From Candidatus Latescibacterota bacterium (GTDB taxonomy: Bacteria > Latescibacterota > UBA2968): a stretch of DNA of 64,000 nt. This document shows, in pieces, positions 20,344 through 30,205 of the stretch. The notes under the pieces were generated by a model, which saw only the letters and a program-made list of their open reading frames with translations, had not been told where the DNA came from and did no database searches. The stretch spans positions 2,720,001 through 2,784,000 of the forward strand of contig OZ240241.1 of assembly GCA_965198115.1 (NCBI GenBank), in the 5' to 3' direction. Within the stretch, counting starts at the first letter, position 1, and each line of letters opens with the position of its first letter. Both the position numbers and the translations under genes were made by a program.

Positions 20344-20752
20344 CAACTTTTACGTCCCGAGGAATGCACTCGAGACGGACACGACGATCGAACTGACTGT
20401 CGTCGGGTCCGGGGTCGACGTCCAGGCCAGCTTCCAACCATCGGGTCTGCAGTTTCTCAAACCGGCCAGCCTATCGTTCGCTCTGCTGGGGGACGACATC
20501 GATCCCGACAATCTGGGCGGCTACCTCAGACTCGCCGACGGCACAACGATCGAGCAGCCGCACGAAATTCACCGATTCGGCAAGCTGCTCATCGTCCAGA
20601 TCTGGGTTTCTCACTTTTCCACCTACGAGCCGGATGACGGCGAGTGAGCGCCTACCCACTCACACGCCGATCGTTCGACCCTTCAGACCACACTGCCCCT
20701 TACTTGCGCACGTCTACATTCGCGGTTCGCGGACCCGCTTGAAGGCCCAAAC

Positions 20753-21943
20753 TTGAATACCTCCGAACTCAGCCGATTACTCGACAACGTGGAAGAGCTG
20801 GGTGGCGACAATGTCGTCGATCAGTTGCTCGATGTTGTACGTCGAGATCACATCCCGGCCGGTAAGGCAGTTCGTCAGATCGATCGAGCCATGAAGACCT
20901 TTCGGCGTCTCTGGGAAGGCCAGCCCGAAGGGATTTCAGCGAACATCCGTGTCGTCCTCAACCTCGCCGAGTCCTACGAAAACCTGGGTGGATTCGACCA
21001 GGCGAGGACCTCCTACGAGGAAGCACTCGGGGTCGCGAGAGCTGAGAATGATCAGATAGCTGAAGCGGACATCCTCAAGAAGATGGGTCGCGTCCTGAGA
21101 AAGCAGGGCAAATGGAAGGAAGCCCTTCGTCACATCGCTGACAGCCGCGTCATCCACGATACCCTTTCCAACGACCTCGGCGTCGCGACGTGTCGAGTGA
21201 GCGAAGGAATTGTACACTTCGAGCGCGGTGATTATCCGAGTGCGGGGGAAGCGTATCGGTTCGCACTCGAGATTGCCGAACAGCTTGGTAATCGACGCAT
21301 CGCCGCGTCTGCGAATCTCAACATCGGCATCCTCGAGAACATTGCGGGGAATTTCGAACAGGCGACGGCGAACTTCAGCGAGGCGCTGATGGCTGCACAG
21401 CAGCAGTCCTACACGGCCCTCGAGGGGCGCGCGTATCACAACCTCGGCATGTGTGGCATCTCCCGAGAGGATTGGGCCTCCGCGCTGGACGCCTTCGAGC
21501 AAGCACTCCAGATCTCCGAGGGAATAGGCGACCTGGCCCTGGCCGCGTCGTCCTATGTTCAGAAGGCACAGGTCTACCTGCGACTGAACGACCGCACACT
21601 ATCTGCCGCCTACTGCACGCGAGCGCTGGACATCTTCCAGGAAGTCGATCGCCCGCTCGGAAAGGCTGAAGCTCTCCGAATCCTGGGACGTTTGGTCGGA
21701 TCGGGCAGCGCCTACCGTACGGGTCGTGGACTGCTCGACGAGAGCCTCGATCTCTACGTTCGATTCGAAAACCCTCTCGGCGAGGCCGAGGTCCGTCGCG
21801 AAATCGGCATCCTCGAGTCGGAACAGGGAAACCCGGAAGAGGCGCGCACGCACCTGATACAGGCCGTTGAAATCTTCGATCGCCTCGGGGCCCGGGTCGA
21901 TGTCGAGCGAACGCAAGCTCTGATCGAGGGTCTATCCTCTTGA
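20753..21943 (+). CDS. Tetratricopeptide-repeat protein (40-aa TPRs)
   Basis: About 8 repeats of N[L/I]G...G.Y..A...Y..AL. Stop overlaps the next start (TTGA). Confidence 0.88.
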   Translation: MNTSELSRLLDNVEELGGDNVVDQLLDVVRRDHIPAGKAVRQIDRAMKTFRRLWEGQPEGISANIRVVLNLAESYENLGGFDQARTSYEEALGVARAENDQIAEADILKKMGRVLRKQGKWKEALRHIADSRVIHDTLSNDLGVATCRVSEGIVHFERGDYPSAGEAYRFALEIAEQLGNRRIAASANLNIGILENIAGNFEQATANFSEALMAAQQQSYTALEGRAYHNLGMCGISREDWASALDAFEQALQISEGIGDLALAASSYVQKAQVYLRLNDRTLSAAYCTRALDIFQEVDRPLGKAEALRILGRLVGSGSAYRTGRGLLDESLDLYVRFENPLGEAEVRREIGILESEQGNPEEARTHLIQAVEIFDRLGARVDVERTQALIEGLSS

Positions 21944-23813
21944 CCACCGCGCACACCTACTGCGAACTGACGGAATCCGAGCGATTGGCTCGCGCGCTTG
22001 CCGACGTGGACCTTTCGCTCGAACGTCGACTCGAAAAGCGGTTACTCTACGCGTGGCTGGACGCCATCCCCCATCGAAAGGAGTCCGTGCTCTTCCTGAC
22101 GGGCGCCAGCGACACGGGCAAATCGCAGCTCACCAGGAAGGTATCACGTCGCTCGGTCAGAAGAGGCTATGTGGTAGGCCAGAGCAGCGTCGTCGTTTCC
22201 AACGGGCCTTATGGCGTCATCGTCGATGCAATCAGGGAACTGATGGACAAGCTCTCGGAAGAACACGGCTGCCGAAACCTCGAAGCCTACATCGAGACGC
22301 GACCGGGACTGCAGGACCTCCTCGGTGTCGGCCCTGCCTGCACGCAAGATCTTCAGGAACATCCGCGACGCGGCAAAGAGGACATCACGCGGGGTGCGCT
22401 GTTTCGGGAACTCGGTCGTGTCATCAGGATGATCTCGAAAGGCGTCTCGACCTCTTCGCTGCGCAGACCGGTCCTGATGATCCTCGAAGACACTCACCTC
22501 GCGCAGGCCGAGACCATCGATCTTCTTCGCTTTCTCGCGGACTTCTGCTCCAACGATCCCATCGGGTTTCTTGTTGTCGCGACAGGGCGGGAGCGTATCG
22601 TAGAGGCAATCGGCGAGGCTCAGACAGAGCTCGGCCGCAGAGGCCTGGCGAAAACCGTTTTTCTGGACGGGTTCGACGACCATCAAACCGACAGCCTGAT
22701 CAGAAAGGTCTTTCGGCGAAATCGTTTTTCCTTCCCGCTCCGACGTCTTCTTCGTCAAAGCACAGAGGGCAACCCCACTTCGACGATCCAGACCCTATGG
22801 TTATTGAAACAAACGTGCAGTCGTCACGCCTGGACGCTTCGGGAAACGCTCTCCAATCGCGACCTGCCCGCATCGCCTCCAGAAGCTGCCGCAGAACGAA
22901 TCGTAGCCAAACGGAACCGAACCCAGGCACTCCTTTTCGCTACGGCTGTGCTGGGAAGGTCCGCGGACGAAAACGATGTGCTCGCCCTCCTCGATTGGGA
23001 TCATAAACGCCTCCTGTCGACGCTGTCCGACCTTCACACCGTCTATCCAGCGCTCCACCGAGAAGACGAAGGATGGTTGACTTTCTCCACCGAGTCCCTT
23101 CACGAAGCCATCTACGAGTCGATCCCCACGAACGAACGGAATGTGCTTCACAGACTCGCCGCAGACCGTCTCGAAAAGCGGGGAAACCAGGCCCTCGACG
23201 AACGCGTCGCCGGACACCTCGAAGCGGCCGGTTTCGCAGAAGAGGCCTTGCCGTTCAGGACGGCGGCAGGGGATCGTGCACTCCACTTCTGCAGCCCGGG
23301 CAGAGCGGCCACCAACTTCGGCCACGCCCTGCAGACGGCGGCAACCGACAAGGCCCGACGCGACGTTCGATTCGAGCTCTTGCTGAAAACTGCATCCGCG
23401 CTGGCCTCAACGAAGTGCTACGATGAAGCCGTCACCCATCTGGTTGAGGCCGTCGAACAGGCGAAGCAATCGTGTAACCTCGAATGGGAAGCGGATGCAA
23501 AGAAACGGCTCGGAAAGATCGCAGCGGGTCGGCGCGAACTGGGCGGAGCCCTGGCTTGCTATGATCAGAGCCTCGCACTCTACAGAGCCTGCGGCAACGA
23601 GTCGGGTCAGTGCGATGTTCTGCTGAAAACCAGTCGAGTCTACCTCGAGCTCGGCATGTGGGACCAGCTCGGGTGCGTCTACGAAGACGCTTTCCGGCTG
23701 GCCCAGGCCAACCAGAACAACGTGCAGGTTGCAGCCATCTCGATGAACGTGGCCATCATGCACAGCCTCCGGGTGTAAAGCCCGCGGTTGTCTGGACACT
23801 CGGGTGAGTGTAT

Positions 23814-24707
23814 TCAGGCGGCCTTTCGAGTTGCCGTGAGTGCGTTTCTAGCCTGTTCGGGCGTCTTGTAGCCGTGACGTTCGATGATCCACCTGTGGTT
23901 GTATCTGTCCCGAAACTCAAGGAGTGCGAGGCGCAGGTCTTCGATGGTACTGAAGTGTCTAACCCACAGGAGGTTTTCTTTGAGGGTACGGATGAACCGC
24001 TCGGCGCATCCGTTGCCTTCTGGCTCACGCACGAAACTCGGCGATGTTTGGACGCCGAGGAATGCGATCTCGTTCTGGAAGTCGTCAGAGACGTATTGTG
24101 ACCCGTGATCGTGTCGGAGCTCCAGTCCTTCGGCGATGTTTTCTTCGAAGCCCCCGAAGTGTTCACGGATGCCCTGTCGGATCGGCTCGAGAGCCTCAAA
24201 GCGGTTGGCCGTCTTGGAGGCGTGAATGCCCACACACTCGCACGTGCAGTGGTCGATCGCGATAAACACGGAGGCTCTGCCCTCGTCGACCGTGGGCGTC
24301 ACAGTCAGGTCGGTGCCCCACATCTGATCGGGCTTCTCGGTCGTAATCGTGCCATCGTGGGCTCGTCGTTCGCGACGCCGTCCTGGACGCGCCTGGAGCC
24401 CGTTTTCACGCATCAACCGGCGGACCCGATCCTTTGACGTCCGCATACCGTGAAAGCGAAGCCTGGCCCAGATCTTGCGGTATCCTTCGCCGTGGAAGGG
24501 TGACGCGTCGATCTCCTGCTGAATGAGGGAGACCAATTCCTCATCGGTACCCGCTCCGACCGGGCCTCGCTTCCGGGGTTGCCGAAGATCGGTTACGGAT
24601 GAACGACGAAGCTGGCTGTGCACCGTGGAACGGGGTATCTGCAACACTTTGCACACGCGTTTAATGCTGTAGCGTCTCCCCGTGGAGGGCGAAAGGACCT
24701 CACTCAT
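23814..24707 (-). CDS. IS3-type OrfB (HTH plus rve integrase/DDE)
   Basis: GYRKIWARL, WGTDLT, HDHGSQY and NGCAERF motifs. Confidence 0.92.
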   Translation of the reverse strand: MSEVLSPSTGRRYSIKRVCKVLQIPRSTVHSQLRRSSVTDLRQPRKRGPVGAGTDEELVSLIQQEIDASPFHGEGYRKIWARLRFHGMRTSKDRVRRLMRENGLQARPGRRRERRAHDGTITTEKPDQMWGTDLTVTPTVDEGRASVFIAIDHCTCECVGIHASKTANRFEALEPIRQGIREHFGGFEENIAEGLELRHDHGSQYVSDDFQNEIAFLGVQTSPSFVREPEGNGCAERFIRTLKENLLWVRHFSTIEDLRLALLEFRDRYNHRWIIERHGYKTPEQARNALTATRKAA

Positions 24708-25087
24708 TTCCGCGACCTCCGATGCGCCAAAGGGCGGCGGGCTTCCAGACGATCGATTCTTTGTTGCAGCAGCTCGTTGTCCATCGTGAGCTCGCCAATC
24801 TTCGCCTGGAGGTCCTTGACCCTCTCGTCACGCTCGTCGCTCGGACGAGAGCGTAGTGCGGCCTGGGCGCCAGAGTGGAACTGATCGCGCCACTCGCTCA
24901 ATTTAGCTGCCGTTACTCCCAGATCGCGAGAGACGCTGTCGAGGCTCTCGCCACGCATCACACGTAATACGGCTTCGGCCTTCTTCTTCACGGAGAAACG
25001 ACCCTGCGAAGTCGCGCTTGGATCGGCTGGGCCTCCGCTCGCTCTCGCTCGCTCCGCCCCAACCGATCCCCTGGTAGCCTTGTTCAT
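24704..25087 (-). CDS. IS3-type OrfA (HTH plus coiled coil)
   Basis: KKAEAVLRV...VSRDLGV..LSEW and KIGELTMDNELL. ATGA overlap with OrfB. Confidence 0.9.
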   Translation of the reverse strand: MNKATRGSVGAERARASGGPADPSATSQGRFSVKKKAEAVLRVMRGESLDSVSRDLGVTAAKLSEWRDQFHSGAQAALRSRPSDERDERVKDLQAKIGELTMDNELLQQRIDRLEARRPLAHRRSRK

Positions 25088-25931
25088 GGTGGACCCTCCT
25101 TTTCGACCTACTGTAGGTCAACGGAGTGTCCAAGAAAACCCCGGGGCGCTGGATGCACAGCCTCCGGGGAAACACTCAGAAAGCCATCGAATCCTTTCAT
25201 CGTTGTCTGAGGATCTACCGCGTGAACGGGCTCTGGGACAAGGTAATCTTGGCTCTGCTCAACATCGCGAAGGCATTGGCCGACAGGGGAGATACCGAGG
25301 AAGCCTTGAAATACAACCGCACCGCGTTGGAAACCGCCCGGAAGAGGTTTGACACCGCACGGGAAGCGGCCGCTCTCACGAACCTGGGCGAGATTCACCT
25401 GGCGAACGACGACCTCGACGCAGCCGAGGACGCGTGCGCAGAAGCACTGTCACTGTTCGAGGAAGCCTGCGACTACGTACGCGAGGCGGACACCTTGAGG
25501 GTACTCGCGTGCATTGCCGCAAGATCTCTCGACACAGAACGGGCCCGTTCACTCTACAGGAGCGCCATCGACAAGTCCCGCGAGGCGGGATTCCGTCTGG
25601 GTGAGGCTCAGAGCCTGCGCGACTATGGAGAGCTCCTGGATCAAATGGACCCGAACGGGGCCGCATCGGCCCGGAGAGAGGCGCGCGATCTCTTCGTGGG
25701 CCTGGGCATCCAGGACGAGGCAGATCGCCTCGACAGCACGCTTCGGAACCAGATCACAGCCCGATACAGCAGAGCGGGATGGTTCGCAGGGCTTTCTGAG
25801 CCGGCCCTACGGCAACCGCCTCCAAAATCCTTCCCTGACAAGCCCGGAGTGTCAGCGTCACAAACTTGACCCTTCGGTCATCTCGCATTATTCTTGGGCA
25901 CAATGACCCTCGTTCTTTAAGGCGAGGCGCG

Positions 25932-25960
25932 AGGTCGTCCTTTCGTGGACGGCCTTTTTT
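25932..25960 (+). terminator. Intrinsic terminator closing the TPR/STAND operon
   Basis: AGGTCGTCC-tttcgt-GGACGGCCT hairpin followed by a T tract. Confidence 0.7.
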
Positions 25961-25962
25961 AT

Positions 25963-27382
25963 GGCTCTATCCGGGTTTCTCAACGGTGAAACTATAGAAT
26001 GACAAGGTCATAGATCGTTCCCTACGCTTGGTTGTGTGTGTAGGACAATCAAAGCGAAGGGGGTGCGACCTATGACCGGGAGCAGATTACTATCGAAACT
26101 GCTGAGATTCAAGGGGTTCCGTGTTGTCAGCTGGTGGTTTGAGGGGAGAAGCTGCTTCGTCATCGCCGTAAAGCCACATAAGAATGGTTGTTGTTGTCCG
26201 GAGTGCGGCCGTCGAGGTAAAATCGTCCGCACAATGCCCCATCCGCGTCGGTGGCGTGACATTCCGGTGTGCGGGTGGAGGGTCTGGCTTCTCTACCATC
26301 CTCGGGAGATTCGGTGTCCTACCCACGGTCGTGTGGTCGAGGAGATTCCGTGGGCGGAGCGGTTCTCTCGGGTGACGTATCGCTTCGAGTATGCCATGCT
26401 GCGCTACTGCCAGACCATGACGCAGAAGGCGGCGTCCGAGTTACTGCGCATCTCTGCCTCGACGCTGTCGGATCTCCTTCACCGATCCATCACGCGGCTT
26501 CGTGAAGGTCATCGTATCCGAGGGCTCAAAACCATCGGGATCGACGAGATCTCCTACGCCAAGCGTCACAGGTACGCCACGCTCGTTTACGATCTGGACC
26601 GCTCCTGCGTGGTGTGGGTTGGCCGCGGCAGGGCGCGTAAAACGATCGATCGGTTCTTCACAGAGGCTCTCAGTCCCTACCAGAGATCCAAGATCGAGTG
26701 GGCCTGCTGCGACATGAGCGAAGCTTACATCGGAGCCATCCAGGAACACTGTCCGAATGCCAAGCTGGTCCTCGATCGCTTTCACATCGTCAAGGCTCTC
26801 AATGCCGCCGTTGACGAGGTCCGTAAGGACCAGTGGCGTAAAGCTGCCCCGGATGAGCGCAAAGCCATGAAGGGCCTCCGATGGCTCCTCTACCGGCACT
26901 CAGCGACACGCTCCAGAGGGGATACTCGGACACTCAAAGCACTGGAGAAGGCGAACTACCGAATCTATAGAGCCTGGAGACTCAAGGACGAGTTCGAGCA
27001 GTTCTGGGAATACAAAGCGCCCTGGGCTGCCGAACGCTTCCTGAAATGCTGGACGACGTCCGCACTCAGAAGTCGACTTGAACCCCTGCGAAAGTTCGTC
27101 AGGACCCTGCGACAGCACTTCTTCGGCGTCCTCGCATTCGTGAACACGCGTCTTACCAACGCCATCGCCGAAGGCCTCAACCGAATCGTCCAAATCGTCA
27201 AGAACCGAGCCAGCGGATTCCGCACACTCGACGCATTCAACGATATGATCTTCCTTACCGTCGGAGACATAAACATCCCTGAGCAGATTCCGAAGAGGTT
27301 CCGCACACGCTAACCGCGCCCCCATGCCAGGAACCACGGCACCTTCACCCACTTCATCTCGTTGAGAGATCCGGATATAGCC
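25963..27382 (+). mobile_element. ISL3 copy 2 (transposase 26036-27313), no TSD
   Basis: Near-identical to copy 1. Flanks TTTTTTAT and ATAAATTC do not match. Confidence 0.96.
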
Positions 27383-27597
27383 ATAAATTCCTCCACTATC
27401 CAGAGAACGTCTCAATTTCTAATACACAAGTCTGTGGGCTGCGCGACGACAGGTCAAGGCGCAATGATGCTGTCTATTGGCACCGAAACGTTGACAACGG
27501 ATGCTTCGGAAAAGCCGCACGAAACAGTTGACGCCTGATTTGGGCGTAGTACGTTTCACACCCGTCAAGTCACGTTCAGAATCCAACGGATGATTTT

Positions 27598-28782
27598 ATG
27601 AATATCGAATCCATCGAGTTTCAGATCCTGGAACACGAACCGGTCGAGCTCGAGTGGCGGCCCTATCGGACGATGATCGAATACCCCGGCTCGCACAAGG
27701 TTCGATTCGGCCACAAGCCGTTCGAAGGAGATGGGATTACGCTCGAGCCGAGGCCCTCCTACACGTGTGTACTTCGCATCCGGACCGACGAAAACCTCGA
27801 AACCTGCGGGGTCTTTGGATCAGGCTTTAGTCGGGAGCAAGTCGAGTGGGATGCGCGGACATTCAAGCTCCAGTGGGAGCCGGAACTCGTCGGGGTGAAC
27901 GCGCTCGACCGGGAGTATATGTGGCACAAGATGTGGATGGCCCGACGTTACTTTCACATGCCGTCGATGCTTCCACTCGCGTTGATCGATCAGCTCCTCT
28001 GGGATCTGGCCGGTCTCAAGGCCCAGCTTCCCGTGCACAAACTGCTCGGCGGATTCAGGGACCGCGTGCCGGCCTACCTGACTGAGGCAAGTCGCAACCA
28101 CGAGCAGACACTCGAGGCGGCACAGAAGGCGAAAGATCTGGGTTACAAAGGGTTCAAAGACCACTCGATGCTGGGTGTCGGGGCGAATCTGGCACTCGCC
28201 AGGGAGCTGAGAGATCTGGTGGGTGACGATATGGTGCTGATGCACGATCCTGTGCAACAGTATTCGGTCGAGGATGCGATCAAAGTGGGCCGCCGGCTTT
28301 GGGATCTCGACTATCTTTGGATCGAAGAGCCCCTGCAGGAAGTCGATATGATCGGCCTCAAGCGACTCTCCGACGCGATCGAACTCCCCGTGCTGGCGCT
28401 GGAATCGAACCTCGGGCATCCGTATGTGGCCGTGCCCTATCTTCAGAACGACGCGATCGACATGGTTCGAAACGTGGCGATGGGCATTACGGGTCAGATG
28501 AAGCTGGCCAATCTGGCAGAAATGTTCGGGAAAACGGCCCACGGTGGAAACGTGCACGTGATTGCAGCCGTCCGGAACGATGATTGGTACGAACACCACG
28601 CGAGGAACGCCTTCAAGCGCGGTGATAACGAGCCGCGTCGTCCGCTGTCGTTGGCTGAGGGTGGACTGATCCGAGAAACCTTCGAAGTGCGTGACGGCTA
28701 TATGTATGTCCCGCAGACTCCAGGTCTCGGGCGGGAGATCGATTGGGAGCAGATCGAGGCGAGAACTATCAACACATTATAA
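27598..28782 (+). CDS. Mandelate racemase/muconate lactonizing enzyme family protein, paralogue A
   Basis: LWDLAG, FKDH, MHDP, WIEEP and PGLG motifs. Confidence 0.88.
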   Translation: MNIESIEFQILEHEPVELEWRPYRTMIEYPGSHKVRFGHKPFEGDGITLEPRPSYTCVLRIRTDENLETCGVFGSGFSREQVEWDARTFKLQWEPELVGVNALDREYMWHKMWMARRYFHMPSMLPLALIDQLLWDLAGLKAQLPVHKLLGGFRDRVPAYLTEASRNHEQTLEAAQKAKDLGYKGFKDHSMLGVGANLALARELRDLVGDDMVLMHDPVQQYSVEDAIKVGRRLWDLDYLWIEEPLQEVDMIGLKRLSDAIELPVLALESNLGHPYVAVPYLQNDAIDMVRNVAMGITGQMKLANLAEMFGKTAHGGNVHVIAAVRNDDWYEHHARNAFKRGDNEPRRPLSLAEGGLIRETFEVRDGYMYVPQTPGLGREIDWEQIEARTINTL

Positions 28783-28811
28783 AATTAGGGAATCGGGGAA
28801 TCGCGTGTGGG

Positions 28812-28840
28812 CCCCTCGGCTCCGCTCGGGATAAACTCCG
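28812..28840 (+). repeat. Dispersed intergenic repeat, copy 2
   Basis: CCCCTCGGCTCCGCTCGGGATAAACTCCG, matches 10155-10183. Confidence 0.6.
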
Positions 28841-28896
28841 GGGCGGATGGCGTCCGCCCAATGTTAGAGCCCACGAAATCGCCAGGAAAGGCAACC

Positions 28897-30066
28897 ATGA
28901 AAATTGAATCGATCGACTTCCACATCTTAGAAGGGGATCCGGTTGAACCCGAATGGCGTCCGTTGCGGACGATGCGGGAGTATCCGGGGTCACATAAGGT
29001 ACGGTTCGGGCACCGGCTGTTCAGCGGAGAGGGGATTCGCCTGGAGGCGAGACCGGCTTACACGTGCCTTATGCGGATCCGGACAGACGCGAACCTCGAG
29101 ACGATCGGGTCCTTTTCCACGGGATGGGGGAAAGAAGATCTCGAGTGGGGGGCGCGCACGTTCAAGGTCCAATGGGAACCAGAACTGGTCGGGGCCGATG
29201 CACTCAATCGAGAGTATCTGTGGCACAAGATGTGGATGGCGCGTCGATACTTCCATATGCCGTCGACGGCGCCCCTCGTCCTGATCGACACGCTGCTGTG
29301 GGATCTCGCAGGACTGCACGCGAAGCTGCCCGTTCACAAACTGCTGGGAGGATTCCGGGACCGAATCCCCGCTTACCTGACGGAGACGGGCATCCCCTAT
29401 GAAGACACGTTGAAAACGGCTCAGCGCGCGATCGACGAAGGCTACCACGGCTTCAAGGACCACTCGATGCTGGGTGTCGAAACCAACCTGGCTCTGGCGA
29501 AGGATATTCGTGCCCTGGTCGGGGATGAGATGGTACTGATGCACGATCCGGTCCAGCAGTATTCGGTCGACGACGCGATCAAGGTATCACGCGGGCTGGA
29601 AGCGCTGGATTATTTGTGGATCGAGGAGCCGTTGCAGGAGTTCGACATCAACGGTCTGAAGCGTCTGTCGGATGCGGTCGACTTGCCCGTGATGGCGCTC
29701 GAATCGATCCACGGGAACCCTTACCTCGCGACGCCCTACCTGGCTGCGGGCGCGATCGACATCGTGAGGCAAACGGGATTGGGCATCACGGGTCAGATGA
29801 AACTCGCCAACCTGGCCGAGATGTTCGGGATGAACGCACACGGTGGAAACCCGCACGTCGCGGCTGCGATCCGGAACGACGACTGGTGGGAAGTGGGTGC
29901 GTGGCCGCCCACAAGCGCTGATCGATCCATGGGAGCCTCATTCCCCGGGCTGATCGGGGGTGTGATGGAGATCCGGGACGGCTACATGTATATCACTCAG
30001 GAGCCCGGGCTGGGACGGACGATCGATTGGGAGCAGATTGAAGCCAGGACCATTATGAAAATATGA
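28897..30066 (+). CDS. Mandelate racemase/muconate lactonizing enzyme family protein, paralogue B
   Basis: Long identical blocks with paralogue A, e.g. EYPGSHKVRFGH, WHKMWMARRYFHMPS and GITGQMKLANLAEMFG. Confidence 0.88.
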   Translation: MKIESIDFHILEGDPVEPEWRPLRTMREYPGSHKVRFGHRLFSGEGIRLEARPAYTCLMRIRTDANLETIGSFSTGWGKEDLEWGARTFKVQWEPELVGADALNREYLWHKMWMARRYFHMPSTAPLVLIDTLLWDLAGLHAKLPVHKLLGGFRDRIPAYLTETGIPYEDTLKTAQRAIDEGYHGFKDHSMLGVETNLALAKDIRALVGDEMVLMHDPVQQYSVDDAIKVSRGLEALDYLWIEEPLQEFDINGLKRLSDAVDLPVMALESIHGNPYLATPYLAAGAIDIVRQTGLGITGQMKLANLAEMFGMNAHGGNPHVAAAIRNDDWWEVGAWPPTSADRSMGASFPGLIGGVMEIRDGYMYITQEPGLGRTIDWEQIEARTIMKI

Positions 30067-30205
30067 AATTAGGAAATTGGCAGATCGATCGCGTCATCTA
30101 TTGAGCCACAATGACCAACGGCTTGGACGATCGCCAAGGCACCGTCACACTGAGCGCGAGTCGAAGTGTCGGTCATCGCAAGATGAGTTTCTCAGGAGAT
30201 CTGAG

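Larger units (their letters stand above)
18404..20647 (+). pseudogene. Lipoprotein with Asp/Gly-rich tract and C-terminal HFS motif, interrupted by ISL3
   Basis: SD AGGAGG plus GTG and lipobox LGAC. Removing IS 18924-20343 and one CAACTTTT restores a 271-aa ORF ending ...IWVSHFSTYEPDDGE. Confidence 0.85.
23774..25153 (-). mobile_element. IS3-like two-ORF insertion sequence (1380 bp) with 15-bp direct repeats
   Basis: Imperfect IRs sharing TGGACACT. Flanked by TGCACAGCCTCCGGG at 23759-23773 and 25154-25168. Confidence 0.9.
21940..25869 (+). pseudogene. STAND/AAA ATPase with C-terminal TPRs, interrupted by an IS3-like element
   Basis: Walker A GASDTGKS, Walker B LMILEDTH and GNP motif. Removing 23774-25168 restores an in-frame 844-aa ORF (...IMHSLRGNTQK...). 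Confidence 0.87.

Noticed and set aside
21940-25869. Avs-type antiviral STAND defence gene
   Set aside because: No N-terminal nuclease, TIR, SIR2 or protease effector, and the context is regulatory (sigma-54). Not excluded, but unsupported.
18924-27382. Composite transposon formed by ISL3 copies 1 and 2 carrying the TPR/STAND genes
   Set aside because: Copy 1 has its own TSD inside a gene that continues on both sides, and the outer flanks do not match.
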